Under the pieces are notes generated by a model that saw nothing but the letters and a program-made list of their open reading frames with translations, searched no databases and was not told where the DNA came from. From the NCBI GenBank assembly GCA_013239625.1, contig MU053934.1, forward strand, positions 10,517,003 to 10,581,002: a DNA stretch of 64,000 nt, given 5' to 3'. The position numbers and the translations under genes were made by a program. The DNA comes from Lama guanicoe (lineage: Eukaryota). Below, in pieces: positions 24,991 to 37,294 of this stretch (positions are counted from its first letter, which is position 1; every line of letters begins with the position of its first letter).

Positions 24991-27344
24991 ATCGTCCCTC
25001 TGTTGAGACTAATAACTGTGTTTTAAATTTATTGCAATAATTTCTCTCTTGGTGGTTGACCGCCAGTTGGCACACAGTTAACATTCTCTGTATCATTTTG
25101 CTTTTGACTTGGAGGGATGACCTTCCAGTTTTGGCTTGATGGGTTTCATAAGCATGGAGCGGACTCTGCCTTGTTCTTTGTCATGGCTGTGTGCTACTCC
25201 ACGGCGCACCCACCATGATGTTTTTCCAAATCAGCCCACAAAAGAGGGTGATTTCATTGCTTCCAATTTTATTTTTTGTTGTAAACAAAAGTGCAGTGAT
25301 GATGCCCGTGCATTTCATGCAGGTTAAGCATCGAACAAAACAAAATTGTTGTTAAAACATGAGAAGTGCTTCCTGAAAAAAGTGACAGTGAACAGAATAC
25401 TGTGGGGTTGGGTTGACATTAGCCTAGTGAGTAAAGTGTAGGGGAACGGGAAGATCTGAAGGTATTGGGGCACTTCCGTGGTGGCGTTTTGGGGCGCCCC
25501 AGAGGACTGGGTTTGCTGGTGGCTAAAGGGGGTGGGGAGGGTGGGAGATGAAGCTGGAGGGCCAGCCGGGTGGGCTATGGCTCTGAGTTATTTCCACTTG
25601 GTGGTGGTGAGGGGGGCAGAGTGTGAAGGTTCCTGGTGGGAAGGGAGTGAGGTCTTTGTTAGCAGGACCCCTCTGGTGATGACTTGAAGAGGACTGGAGA
25701 GCCCAGCACTGACTCCTACACCGAAGGCCCCCCCCCACGGAGCAGCCTGGGGAGGTGCCGCCTACTGCCCGTGTCTGGAGGGGCCACACTCTGTCCCGAC
25801 GGGGCTGTAGGTCTGTCCCACCCCGGGGTAGAGGGTGGGCAGGGCTCTCCGCTGACGCAGCCCCTGCAGCTGCAAAGCACGGATGAGGAGCCCACATCTT
25901 TGCCTCCTTGCCAGAGCTGGAGAGGGGCAGAAAGGTGGCGGCCCAGGCTGTGCTGGGACACGGCGGCCATGGGGGCTGTGACGGCAGGGAGCAGAAGGGG
26001 CCAGGTGATGCCCACGGGGACACGAGCATCAGTGCTGCTGCCCAGGAACGTGGCCCCAGGTGGGGACAGGGGCCCTGGCGTTCCTTCTGAGGCCCCGACT
26101 CCAGTGAGCAGACGTGGGGGCACTGGGCTGCGGCAGGCGGGAAATGCGCAGGGGGAGGGGGGACACCATGGGAGGGGCTTCCTCCTTGTCAGGGAGGACC
26201 GAGGAGGCAGATCCTGTTCCGTCTGGAGAGTCAGCCCTGCCTCCCGGAATCAGGCGCCCACCTGGGGTGCGTCTTCCCTGGGGGCTCAGTACACCTGGGA
26301 CCCTGAATGTTAGTTGTAATCTCCCTTCTCTGCAGGGGCCTCGGAAACTGCCCCGCCCTGACTTTACCCCCCACCCCGTGTGTGTGACGTGTGACGGGGC
26401 TGAGGATGAGGAGGTAGGGGAAAGGGGTCCTCTGGGCTGAGGGCCCGCTGGGGCTGGAGGCAGCACATCAGTGAAGACCCGAGGTCGCAGGTTCTCAGCC
26501 ACCTGCCTCGGCAGAATCCAGGTTAATGGACTAAGCGGGTGAGTGTTAAGGGTCAGGGACGGGGGTTAATGATTCAGGATAAGTCTGAAACATCAGTGTG
26601 TTAAAAATAAGTTGTTTCTAGACATGATATTGTGAATCGGCAGTTCTCCAACAAAGCAGGATGATCAAGAGACCTTACCAGGTGCGACCACCTGTAATTA
26701 GCCCATGGCATTAAAATGGCTGCCTTTGGAGACCTCCCCGCTGGGCTACGTGCCTTAAGGTCACCCTTGTCAAACGTGCTCTGTGAGTTTCAGCTCCGCC
26801 TCTGATGAGCTTAAATACTGACTTAGTAGAGCCTGCCAGTCGCCAGTCACGTCTCTCCAGCAATTTGACTTGTTAAAGGTGCTGCTCCTCTCCTCCTCTG
26901 GGCGCCTTGAGAGGGGCCCGGGAGCAGCCGTCGCCCATCGTCTGCGGGCGGAGAGGGAGCCTGAAGGCAGAGCGAGGGCGGGACTGGCCGGCACCAAACC
27001 GCTCCGACTGCAGGTGCGTCTCGTGTTCCAGCGATGGTTTATTATGATTTAGGAGGCCGGAACTTGCCAGGCATACGGTCAATAGAAGCTATTTGCTGCT
27101 TTCATAAGCCATTTTTCATCTCATTAATTTTTTGTATATGTTTCATTAATTTCAGGGTAATCCACATCCCGCTTTCCTGTGAAATACACCACGGCGGACT
27201 CGGAAGCCGTCTCCACGTAGCCGGGGCGGCTACGCCATCGGTGGCGTTTGCTGCGACCCCTCCAGGAATTGCAGGCACAGGTGTGAAGTCTCCACGCTAG
27301 GGTGGAGCGGCAGCCACCTCCCTCCCTCCCCCCTCCCTCCCTTG

Positions 27345-27560
27345 GATGCTTATTCATACGCACTCCCCGCCTTCCTACTGCACGCCGGCGTCTGTGGGAG
27401 GCACTGGGCGCACAGAGATGAATGGGACGCAGTCCCCACGCCAGGCGAGCTCATGGCCACAAAGGAGACAGACAAAGCAACCGCAGTTCCCCCTAAGTGC
27501 TCCAGCAGAGTGGGGCCCAAGTGTTTTGGGAGCCCAGTGGAGGAGGCTCTGAAGGAACTG
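27345..27560 (-). mobile_element. L2 relic
   Basis: cctactgcacgccggc...aggcactgggcgcacagagatgaatgggacgcagtcccc...ggagacagacaaag. Confidence 0.65.
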
Positions 27561-29825
27561 GCTCAGTCGCATCTTTCTTTCCTTTGAGGGAAAATGGGTC
27601 ATTGATCTCCGCAGGGAGCAGACGAGGAGAAGCCAGCCGGCAGAGCTCTGAGGACGCGGAGCTGAGGAATTAGAGGGAGGGTGGAGGTGACAGGGGTCCA
27701 GCGTGCCGGGAGCTGACACGCAGCGGGGAGGGGGCGGACAAGGGGGAAGGAAAGGGTGGCAGAGCTGGTGGCGGCCGAGGCTGGGACCTGACGACGGACT
27801 GGGCAGTAGACGGGCATCCTCTGCCCCCTGTCCCAGCTGCCCCTCCTCTGTCCCACCCCTTCCTCCCTCACTCTGCCCTCCTTCCTTTGGGGGGCTTCCC
27901 TGCTGCACAGGGGACCCCATGCACAAGTCGGGCTGCACTGCTCCCTGCACCCGGAGGCGCCAGGGGCTCCCCACGCGGCTAAGGACAAAGTGCATGCCTG
28001 CTCCGGCACGAGGCGTGTCAGCCTGGCTCCCCCGGCCACTCCGCCGCCTCCTGCCCCAGCCTGGCCTCCGCGGCCACTTGGCCTTCCCTGATGGTGCCGT
28101 TGGCGTCCCACCCCCGCGCACTCAAAGCGCCTCCAACACAGGCGTGCACAGCATCTGCTGGGGGCCAGGCCGCGGCTCAGGCTGGGGGTGCAGCCGCGAA
28201 CGAGGAAAAGAGCCTCCCTTTTGTGGCTTGCATTCTGGTAGGGGGCGGGCGACACTGAGGTCCCAGGGCCAGTGTGAGACCCCGGCTGTCCCCACATAAG
28301 GAGGAGCACCGAGGAGCTCTGAGCACCATCCCACCTCCGACCTGGGATTCAAAAGGATCAGCTTTGGCACCAGCGCTGAGGACAGGCTGAGGGCGGAGCT
28401 GAGGGGCAGGGGGAGGGGCCCACTGGAGGCTTTGCAGAACCAGGCGAGAGGCCAGGGGCTCTGATTCTCCCCCGTTTCGAAGGCAGAAGTGAGTTTGCGG
28501 GCGGGCCATGTATCGAGGACTTTGGTCTGAAGAATAGAGTGAAGGGTCCACCGTTTCCTGGGAAGGGAAGAGCCTGGGGGCACGGGGTCAGCGGGCGGAG
28601 CCTCAGTCAGGTTTTGGGCGTGTGCATGTAGACCCCCGTGTCAGACGATCCCACGGGTGTTAGGGAGACTTGGATACTCCAGTCTCAAGCTCGGGCAAGG
28701 GGCAGCTGACCGCTGTCAGTACTTGGCGGCCCCTACAGCCATGGCTGGTGAGACAGTGGAGGGAGCAAGTGCGCACAGAGAAGAGGCCGGGCCAGGCGGG
28801 GGCGGTCCAGCGCCTGAATAGGAGCTGGGGATGGAGATGAACTGACCAGCAGATGCCCGTCGGATGCCTGTGGCTCACGGCCAGGAGTGATGCCCAGAGG
28901 CAGACTGTAGGGTTGGTCCAGGTCCCCGGCTTGGCGGGCGGGTGAGTGGAGCGCCTGGGGTGGGCATCGGTCTGCACGTCCAGGGAATGACAGAGTCCGG
29001 TCACTCGCTGATCAAATGGGAAAGAATGACTTGTCCTCAGGTTGGACTGGGTCATGAGGACAAAGGAAACATGCGTGCTAAAACTTTCCAGACCTGCTGG
29101 ATCCATCCAGGGAAAGGGGCTTCGGGATGCTGGACAACATATTTGGGAGAAAAATGTCACTCTATCAAAATTTTGCCTGAGGCCAGCTCCGACTTCTGTC
29201 TGCGCCCACAATTGCTGCTTTCAGCGGGAGAGAACCATGAATCCCGCCTGTCTGCCGTGAGTTCTGAAGTCTGCGGGCGGGCGTGCTCAGTGACTGCGAG
29301 GAAACAGACTGTTTTCAATTGTTTGTTTGACAAATATGACTAAGCGTTCAATAAGTTATCTTTCAAATTATCCTGTCAAAATCATCGTGACACGGGGGGA
29401 TGATAACACAGTTCTCCGAGGGAAGGATGGATGTCTGCTCTGAACAGCTGCAGCTGGCCTCTGGGATGTGGTGATGGATGCAGCGACGGCTGGCGGAGGC
29501 AAGAAAGGGGTTCTGTCGTGGGGTGAACGTGCACCCCCGTCACAGCTGGTCCTCGGCGTGGAGGCGCAGAAGCACGGCCCCGTGCTGCTGTGCGGTTCCC
29601 ACCCAGGTGCGACAGCCTCACCGCGCGGGCTGCCCGAGTCTGCGGCCCGGGTGGGAGCAGTCTCCCCGGACACTTCGCTAAGCGTGGGTCAAGACAGGAG
29701 GCCTGTGTCCTCGTCAGTTAGCTCGACTGCTGCGGTGGGACCTCAACTTGGAGCCAACGGATTAAGCTCAAATCTCCCCACATCTTACAGCCATGCTCCC
29801 CCCCAACCCTGTGCTGAGTGTGAGA

Positions 29826-30155
29826 AGGGCCTGGAGACGATCATACTGAGTGCAGTGAGTCAGACAGAGAGGGACAAATACCACGCCGCTGCTTACGTGT
29901 GGATCTAAAAGTGCGACACAATGCACTTGTTTACAACCAGAAATGGACCCACAGACACAGAAAACAAGCTACGCTACCAAAGGGGAAAGGGGGTGGGGAG
30001 GGATAAACTAGGAGCTTGGGATTAACAGATACAAAGAGCCCTACGCACAGCAGGTTAGTAACAAGGCCCTCCGTGCAGCGCAGGGAGCTACATTCAATAG
30101 CTTGTGCTAACCTGTAGCGGAAGAGAATCTGAAAAGGAATGGATACGTATGTATT
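29826..30155 (+). mobile_element. L1 3' region, artiodactyl type
   Basis: cctggagacgatcatactgagtgcagtgagtcagacagagagggacaaata...ggagggataaactaggagcttgggattaacagatac...aacaaggccctccgtgcagcgcagggagctacattcaatagcttgt. Confidence 0.9.
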
Positions 30156-30374
30156 TTTCATTCTATAATCTTTTTAATTATACCTCAGTTCACATGCCTG
30201 TTTAGGCACATAGTTCAAGCATTTGAAGAAAGTGTAAGAAAATGTTCTGAACGGAGTCCCCCATTATTATCTTTATTGGACCTCATGTTTCGGGGTCGCT
30301 CCCTGGGCCAGTCACTGCCCCAAGCAGGTTTACAGGAACTCAGCTCCTCCTCGACCAGCCTGTGCGGGGGGTGC

Positions 30375-30490
30375 TGCTACTCTTCCCACTTTACAGACGA
30401 GGAAACTGAGGCCGGAAGTGGTTGAAGGACTGCCGAGTGGTACACTTGTGAGGGGTAAGCCCAGGGGCCCAGGGCTCCATGTCAGCCCCT
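30375..30490 (-). mobile_element. MIR relic
   Basis: cccactttacagacgaggaaactgaggcc. Confidence 0.8.
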
Positions 30491-30661
30491 GAGCGAGACC
30501 TTTTAGAAAGAGCCCTGAGCTCAGCCTGCAGAGCAACTAGAGGGGCCCGAGGAAGGCGCCAGTCAGGGGAGGGGACGGCTCAGAGGAGTCAGGTTTCTGC
30601 CCCGGATGAGGGGCAGGCAGTGGGGTGGGGAGGGAGGAGGGGAGCGGGTTTGCAGGAAGAC

Positions 30662-31143
30662 CGCGTGAATGAAAACTACTGCAGCCACGTCAGTGCACAA
30701 AGGGTGCTGTCCACCAAGTCACCTGCCGCTACCGCCGCCCCGACAGTGAGTGGGGGGACTCAGGATGCGGACAAGCAGGCAGCCAGGCCTCTGCCACCAT
30801 CCCCCATGGTGCCCCTGAGGGGACTCAGGGAGGGAAAGCACAGGACAGTGGCCCTGGAGCGCTCAGTGCAGGTCAGAGGGGTGATTTCAATGAGCCCAGA
30901 CCTCTGCACCTTCCCGCACATAGAAAAGCTGTCTGGTTTTCTTTAATTAACAGTGATCTTTCGATGTTCTGACTACCTGTCTTTGTTGCAAGAACTCCTG
31001 TATATCCTGGCTCCTCCCCCGCTTCCCCGGAGCAGCCCCTCAGAGGGGTCTGAGAAGCTGTCTTCTGGGCTTACGTCCTTAGAAAGTCCACGGACTAACA
31101 CATAACTCTCAACTTTCAGGTTGTGCATATTTTTTAGTCAACA
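30662..31143 (+). mobile_element. ERV1-class solo LTR (artiodactyl MER41-like)
   Basis: gatttcaatgagcccagacctctgcaccttcccgcacatagaaaag; ends ataactctcaactttcaggttgtgcatattttttagtcaaca. The 5' boundary is approximate. Confidence 0.75.
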
Positions 31144-31500
31144 CTCATGAACTTGGTTTTGGACGTGTAGAGTTTGAAATGCTGTTGAGGCCTTCAATTC
31201 CTCTGTCCAGTGGCTGGCCGGGGGAGCCTTGGGAGAGATGGAGGGCTGGTCCCGGAGCCAGCAGGTGTGTTGGGCTCTGTCCCTACTCAGGGGTCTCAGC
31301 GACCAGCCCCAGGCAGAGACGCAGCTCAGCTGACCCCACAAGGACTGACTCCATCTCCACTCCTGGCCCCAGGCCCCTGGCCCCTGGTCCTGCGTGAGGC
31401 CCCCTCAGCTCCTGGCCCTCATCCGGGGCTCAAGAATGGCACATACACTCTGTATGCTTCTGCAGCTCCATGCTGGGCTGCCAGCCATGACCCACACCAC

Positions 31501-31963
31501 TGTCAGAGTCGGATGGAGAGAAAGAAAGGAGAGAGACAGCTCAAGGCAGAGTCAGGTCTATTTTGGGAACCTGCAGAGGGCTGTCCGGCTGGGCTGGCGC
31601 CCGCTTTTCTGCGTACAGTCTTGGCTATTTATGCCCACGGGCGGGAGCTGGCTGGTGGGTTCTCATGCAAATGAAGGGTGCTGAGAGGCACGATTCGTTG
31701 CTGGGTGTACTGAAAGTGAAAGGGCATGTCTGACAGAGAGCGGGGTGAGGTGGGCTTTCCCACCGCGTCCTCACTCACATCTGGGCGGGCACAAGCTGTT
31801 ATGCAGGTGAGGGACGCTGAAGGGTGAATGCAGGTTGGTGGGTTTTGCAGAAGGTAGAAGTTGTTACTTGTTGGCTCGGCTTGTCCCGAAATAGCGGTGG
31901 ATCAGCTAAGTCAGCAGTGGATCCACAAAGCGGAGGTTGGTCAGAGGTTGGTCGTGTCTATCA
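31501..31963 (-). mobile_element. Probable solo LTR, family not recognised
   Basis: TG...CA termini, 463 bp, flanked by ACCAC (31496-31500) and GCCAC (31964-31968). TATA-like CATAAATA on the minus strand near 31626-31633. Confidence 0.5.
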
Positions 31964-33214
31964 GCCACCTCACCCTGTCCCAGCGATGTGAGTGACTTAA
32001 CCTCGGTCTGTGTCCTTTCCTCCCTGGAGACCCCTCTGTGCCCACATGGGGTCTGGCACTTGATGGAGCTGAATCTGCCTTTCCGCTGCTTTGAGTAAGC
32101 TGGCTGTGGTGGGGACCCGGCCAGCTTGGGCCATCACGGATGACATTTTCCAGCTCGGGATATTTTTAATGCAGATTCACAGGAGCCATCAGTAACGTCT
32201 CTGGGGCTGACGCCTTCCATCAAAAGCACATCATAAAACAAATAACGTGACAGAAGCCACATCAAGAAATCACTTCACTCACCACAAACTGCCATTGCTC
32301 CCGCATGAACACCCAGCTCCTGGCTGACAGACGGCTCCGTGGGAAACAGGTGGGAAGTTGGACCAGAGCAAGAAGGTTCCGGAAAGCCCAGGTGGAAGGC
32401 TCAGCGTGGTTCAGGTCGGCCCTCCTGGCTCAGGTGCCTGCCTTCATCAGGACCAGACAGCGTTCCTGGAGGATGCGGGCGAGACCGGCTGGCCTGAACC
32501 CGCCAGGTAAGATCTCACACTCGTCAAAGCCCCGCGGCCACTCGTTCCTTCCGAGAGGTGGAGGAGCAGACGTGGGCCCCTTCCTGGATCACCACCCACA
32601 GCGAGCCCACTGTGCCCAGCCTGAGCCCACCGCTCCTGGGGGGGATGGCTCGAGGCAGGTGCGTGCGTCCTGCTGCAGACCCTCCCTCTCGGATTCCACT
32701 AGACAAAGGGGCGGGGGCTCGGCATCTCAGCAGCCCTGGCTCAGAGCAGACGTGCTCCCCGCTACTGCGGTCAGAATCAGGTGTGAGGAGAAGCCCGCTT
32801 CCCTACGCAGACCCCAGTCCATTTCCCTCGCTGCTTTACGTGAGAATAGCTGTTTCTACAGACCGCGGCATGTTTGTCTCCCGGCCCTCGCCCCGCCGAC
32901 ACCGACTGCCACCAGGTCCTCACACCCGCCTGTGCAGCTGGTGCGCCGCAGGCCCCACATATGTTTGGGAACCCCGGATCACGTAAATCATTTGAGTAAA
33001 TATTTAATGAGCTGAGAATGTATTCCTCTCAGTTGCTAGGCTCTGACATTCTCAAGTGCTCTGGGACCACAGCAAAATGATCTCACTGTCACACCATCCC
33101 AAAGGGAAGCCTGTGGGGGAGGGTTCTGCCGAATGTGCGGTTAACAAGCAGGAATGAGGTGGGATGTTCCTCAGACCCTGGTCCTCCATCAGCCCAAAGG
33201 ACGGAGAGTCACAA

Positions 33215-33715
33215 TGTTGCCGAAACATGGCCTCTGTGTCCTGCTTACCAAACTGAGACTTGAGGACAGGGTTTTGGGTGAAGTAGAAAAGGCAGCTTTA
33301 TTTCTTTGCCCGGCAAAGGAGGTCACAGGGGGCTGATGCCTCCAAGACTATGAGCCTGCTGGGGTGGGAAGGTGGGGGTTTCAGAGTAAAAGTTCCAGTT
33401 CAAGGGGTGGGTCCAGTTTCCACAGAGGCCACATACAGGGGAACCAGCTGTTGCAAAGTTGTTCTTGTTTCTGCAGGTGCAGTGTCCCCTCCCTCTGCTG
33501 GGTGTGAAGTTCACCTTCAGCTTCGGGACTCTTAATATTCTTGTACCTGGGAAAAAGGATGCATGGGAGGGGCCCCGTGGAAAGAGCTCTAAGGAAAAAC
33601 TTGTGCAGTTTAAAATCAGATTGAGAAATGCTTTTAGCCTTTTAGGCAGCTGAGGCCTGGGACCGCCTGCTGCAGGCTGAGACCTGCAGCTCAAACAACA
33701 GGATACAAGGAAACC
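33215..33715 (-). mobile_element. ERV1-class solo LTR (artiodactyl type)
   Basis: tgttgccgaaac...gggttttgggtgaagtagaaaaggcagctttatttctttgcccggcaaagg. TTTATT reads AATAAA on the minus strand. Possible TSD ACAA at 33211-33214 and 33716-33719. Confidence 0.75.
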
Positions 33716-34159
33716 ACAAGGGGTTGAGAGCAGGGCACTGGGGTCAGGAGCAGGGCACTGAGCATGATCCCTGCACACAGCACCACGAGGGGGTTTGGCG
33801 GACCACCTAAGCTTCCCTTCTCTCCAGCCCAACCCTGGTCAGCAAGAGCATGAGAAAACCCTTTTAAGCAGTTACAAACCCCATTGCAGATGTCAGATGG
33901 TCACCAATGAAGACAGTAGGGCCCTGCTCAGTTATGTCAGTGGGCATTCTCATTCTGGAATGAATTCAAACAGAAGCTGTATTCCGGGGCTTATCGCATT
34001 GGTATCTGGGAAGCTGTCACTCAGCAGAGGTGGAAACTGGCAGGCAGGGCCTGGTGGGATGGTCATCTCATCTGGGGCTGTAACCCCCAGCTCCTGGACA
34101 GCGTCACCCACTCAATGGCGGGTGACATGGTGGGGGTGCTGGATTTCAGCTGCACACCA

Positions 34160-34212
34160 TGTGTGAGTGAGTGTGTGTGTGTGTGTGAGAGAGAGAGAGT
34201 GTGTGTGTGTGT
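34160..34212. repeat. Compound (TG)n(GA)n(TG)n microsatellite
   Basis: Seen directly. Confidence 0.95.
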
Positions 34213-35860
34213 TCACATTTTATATATTTGAGAGTGTCTGGTCAATACAAATTTATTTTTCCAAAACACAGCAACAGTTTTTCCACATACAAAGAATGGT
34301 AGATTGTGCTTTTCATCAATATGGAATATTTTCCGTATTATGCAGAATTGACACATCTCCCTTCAATGTGCCCTGTTCAGGTTTCCCATTTTTCTTTAAG
34401 CGGACCAGCGAGCCCGCTTCCCCAGCTTCTCCATCTGCGTCCCCTGCAGCAGCACTTCTGTCCTGACCCCATTCCTGGAAGCTGTCATCACAAGCCTTCC
34501 ATCCACCCACTCCGCGGTCTGCCCGCGAGGACCTACTTTGACGTCTCGTGTGAATATGTGTGTGAAATATTTTTATTTCCTGGCTCTCTTTTTCATATTT
34601 ATCTTCATTTAATTCCCAAAATGTGTTAGGTTGTGTGTGTTCTCAGCTTATGTTTTTGCATTTGAATCACTTCGCCTGTTTCCTGCAGGGATAAGACATT
34701 TGGGGCCAAACTTCAATATTCCAAGTTTGGAAGTGAGACTTTGGACTAAAAGCTGAGTTAGTCTGAGGCTTGTCAGCGCCCTTGGTGGTTGGGTTCTGAA
34801 TCCACAAAGAGCAATGTGTCCCATATACCACTTTCCTCCTCCATATTTTGGGCACTTTAAACATATTGGGCAATTTTAACTGGTGCTGTTTGGGAAGGTA
34901 GATGCTTTTAAGGTGAGTGTGTGTGGTGTGCACGTGTGCATTTATCCTGGGCAGCATGGTGTGATGATGGTGCTTGCAGCGGGAAAAGAAATGGTTCAGC
35001 AATCACTGGCGGTTTACAACAAGACACCCCCCAGCCCCCTTGGAAGCCTCCACTTTCCTGAACCTACAACCAGAGCTCTTGTAAACACCCAAGGTTGCCT
35101 GTTAGTTGAGACTGGCCCAGAGAAAGTTCTTGCTCAAGAGAATTTTTCTCGTGGCAAGCTCGTAGCGACTGTCTGGGCAAAGGACTGGACCACCAGGTGT
35201 CTCCGGGAGAGAGGCTCCTGTTCGGGCCACCTTCTTGTTAACCTGAGGATTCCTTGTATCTGGAGGATGGGGCAGAAGGAAGAGCCCACCTGTCCTTCTG
35301 GGCCCTCCAGACCATCAGTGTCCCTCCACCTCCAGGTACCAGCTTTTCTTGTGGCATCCGCAGTGGGTTCCCTGAGGGCAGCCGCTGCTGATATGTCAGT
35401 CCTGCCCCCCAGCCCCCTCCTGGTACGAGCAGGCCTGGAGGTGCCGGCTGAGTGACTGACAAAGGGTAGCATCCGTAGTTCAGGGGGCTGCTGGGAGACT
35501 CCATTTGAATAGGGCTGCATTGCCTGCAGGCACGTCTGTGAGTCCAGAGGAGGAGATGGAACTGTGAAAATGACAAACGTGGATGCAGTGCCAGCCCGTC
35601 ATGAAGCTGCCCTTCAGGACGCAGAGAGCTGGCAGGGCAACAGGTTTTCCGAGGACACAGAACCTCTCTCCTCCAACTCGAGGCAGGAGGAAGAGGCAGA
35701 AGTTGGAGCTGGAAGGGCTGCAGGAGGTGGCGGCTGCCAGGATGACAGGCCCCCTGGGGGTGTGGCTGGGGTCCTTGCGTAACAGGGAGTAGCTTCCTTG
35801 GGGTCCAAGCTGACAATTCCCACACACACGGGGCTGTGGTTGCATTGTTCTGTCTTGCAT

Positions 35861-36550
35861 TCTTACACCTCCTTGGTTAGATTCATTCCTAAGTATTTCA
35901 TTACTTTGGGTGCTATTTTAAAGGAGATTGTTTCTTTACTTTCTTTTTCTGTTGATTCATCATTTGTGTAAAGAAATGCAACTGATTTTTGAACGTTAAT
36001 CTTGTAACCTGCTACCTTGCTGAATTCTTCGATCAGCTCTGGTAGTTTTTGTGTGGCCCTTTAAGGGTTTTCTATATATAGTAACATGTCAGCATATAGT
36101 GACACTTTTACCACTTCTTTTCCAATTTGGATCCCTTTTATTTCTCTCTCTTGCCTGATTGCTGTGGCTTGGACTTCCAGGACTATGTTGAACAGGGGTG
36201 GTGAGAGTGGGCAGCCCTGTCTTGTCCCAGATTTTAGCGGGAAGCTTTTGAGTTTTTCACCGTTGAGAACTATGCTGGCTGTAGGTTTGTCATATACAGC
36301 TTTTATTGTGTTGAGATAAGTTCCCTCTATTCCCACTTTGGCGAGAGGTTTTTATCATAAATGGGTGTTGAATTTTATCACATGCTTTTTCTGCATCTGT
36401 TGAGGGGATCATGTGGCTTTTGTCCTTTCTCTTGTTGATGTGATGTATTGCATTGATAGATTTGCGTATGTTGAGCCAGCCTTGTGTCCCTGGGGTGATG
36501 CCCACTTGGTCATGATGCAGAATCTTTTTTATGTGCTGTTGGATTCTATT
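35861..36550 (-). mobile_element. Relatively young L1 ORF2 reverse-transcriptase fragment, inactivated
   Basis: Translates to [46 protein letters not shown], then after a frameshift [54 protein letters not shown]...[13 protein letters not shown]. Confidence 0.97.
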
Positions 36551-36589
36551 TGCTTTTTACCATTTGTTTTTATTTTCACAATTTTAAGC

Positions 36590-37294
36590 TGTGGTATTCC
36601 TGGCGCCAACCAGCCCTCCAGGTCTCCAGCGCCAGCTGGTTGTCCTCCAGTTCAATCCGACTCTGACGCCAGCTGCGCCGACCCCGCGGGGTAAGGGCTC
36701 AGGCTCGCCGGGCTGCCCCGATTCAGACCCAGCTGCAAGCGGGCCCTCGGGCTGCCGCCGGCTTGCCCTGGGCCGGCCACACGCCCACGCTCGGAAGTGT
36801 GCCAGTGTGTCCCGCAGAGCTCAAGAAGACGCTTCGCTTGCATTTTCTACTTTATTATAAAGGCTTCAATTCAAGAACAGCCAAAGGGAAGAGGTGCCCA
36901 GGGCAAGGTCTGGGGGCAGCACACGGACCTCCCGCGCCCCCTGCGAGCGCGCCACCCTCCCGGCACCCCGAGCGTCCACAGACCCGGGGCGCATGGGATC
37001 TCACTGCTCTGGTGTTTCCTCAGTCTGCAGCCCCCTCCCCTCCCCTCCCTGGAGGTTGGTGGGTGGGGCTCAGATTCTCACCCCTTTAATCACTTGATCT
37101 CCCTGGTGACCAGCACCGCCCTGAAGTGGCCTCTGGGGCCCACCTGGGCCGCCTCATTAGCATAAACCCAGGGGTGCTCCACAGGGGCTCCTTGCGAATA
37201 ACAGAAGATGGTTCTATCAAACAAGACGTTCCTCGGGTTTTAGCAGCTCTGGGAATCAGGGACAAAGACCAAGTGTATTTTTTAATGCCCCACA
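36590..37294 (-). mobile_element. MER21-family solo LTR
   Basis: ccagctggttgtcctccagttcaat, cccctccctggaggttggtgggtggggct, cctcattagcataaac, gggacaaagaccaa...caca. TGTGG/CCACA termini. Confidence 0.85.

Noticed and set aside
27375..28309. Overlapping 200-250 aa ORFs on both strands
   Set aside because: Low-complexity GC-rich translation, partly L2-derived, with no exon structure or known homology.
32305..33015. 236 aa ATG-initiated ORF
   Set aside because: No recognisable domain, R/P/S/A-biased, and no promoter or poly(A) support seen. It cannot be fully excluded without conservation data.
35564..35782. Acidic ORF MKMTNVDAVPARHEAALQDAESW...
   Set aside because: No flanking splice signals or homology recognised; may be a decayed LTR.
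36061..36505. Reverse transcriptase ORFs as a functional gene or novel RT system
   Set aside because: Ordinary L1 ORF2 fragment with a frameshift, a stop and a lost catalytic Asp.
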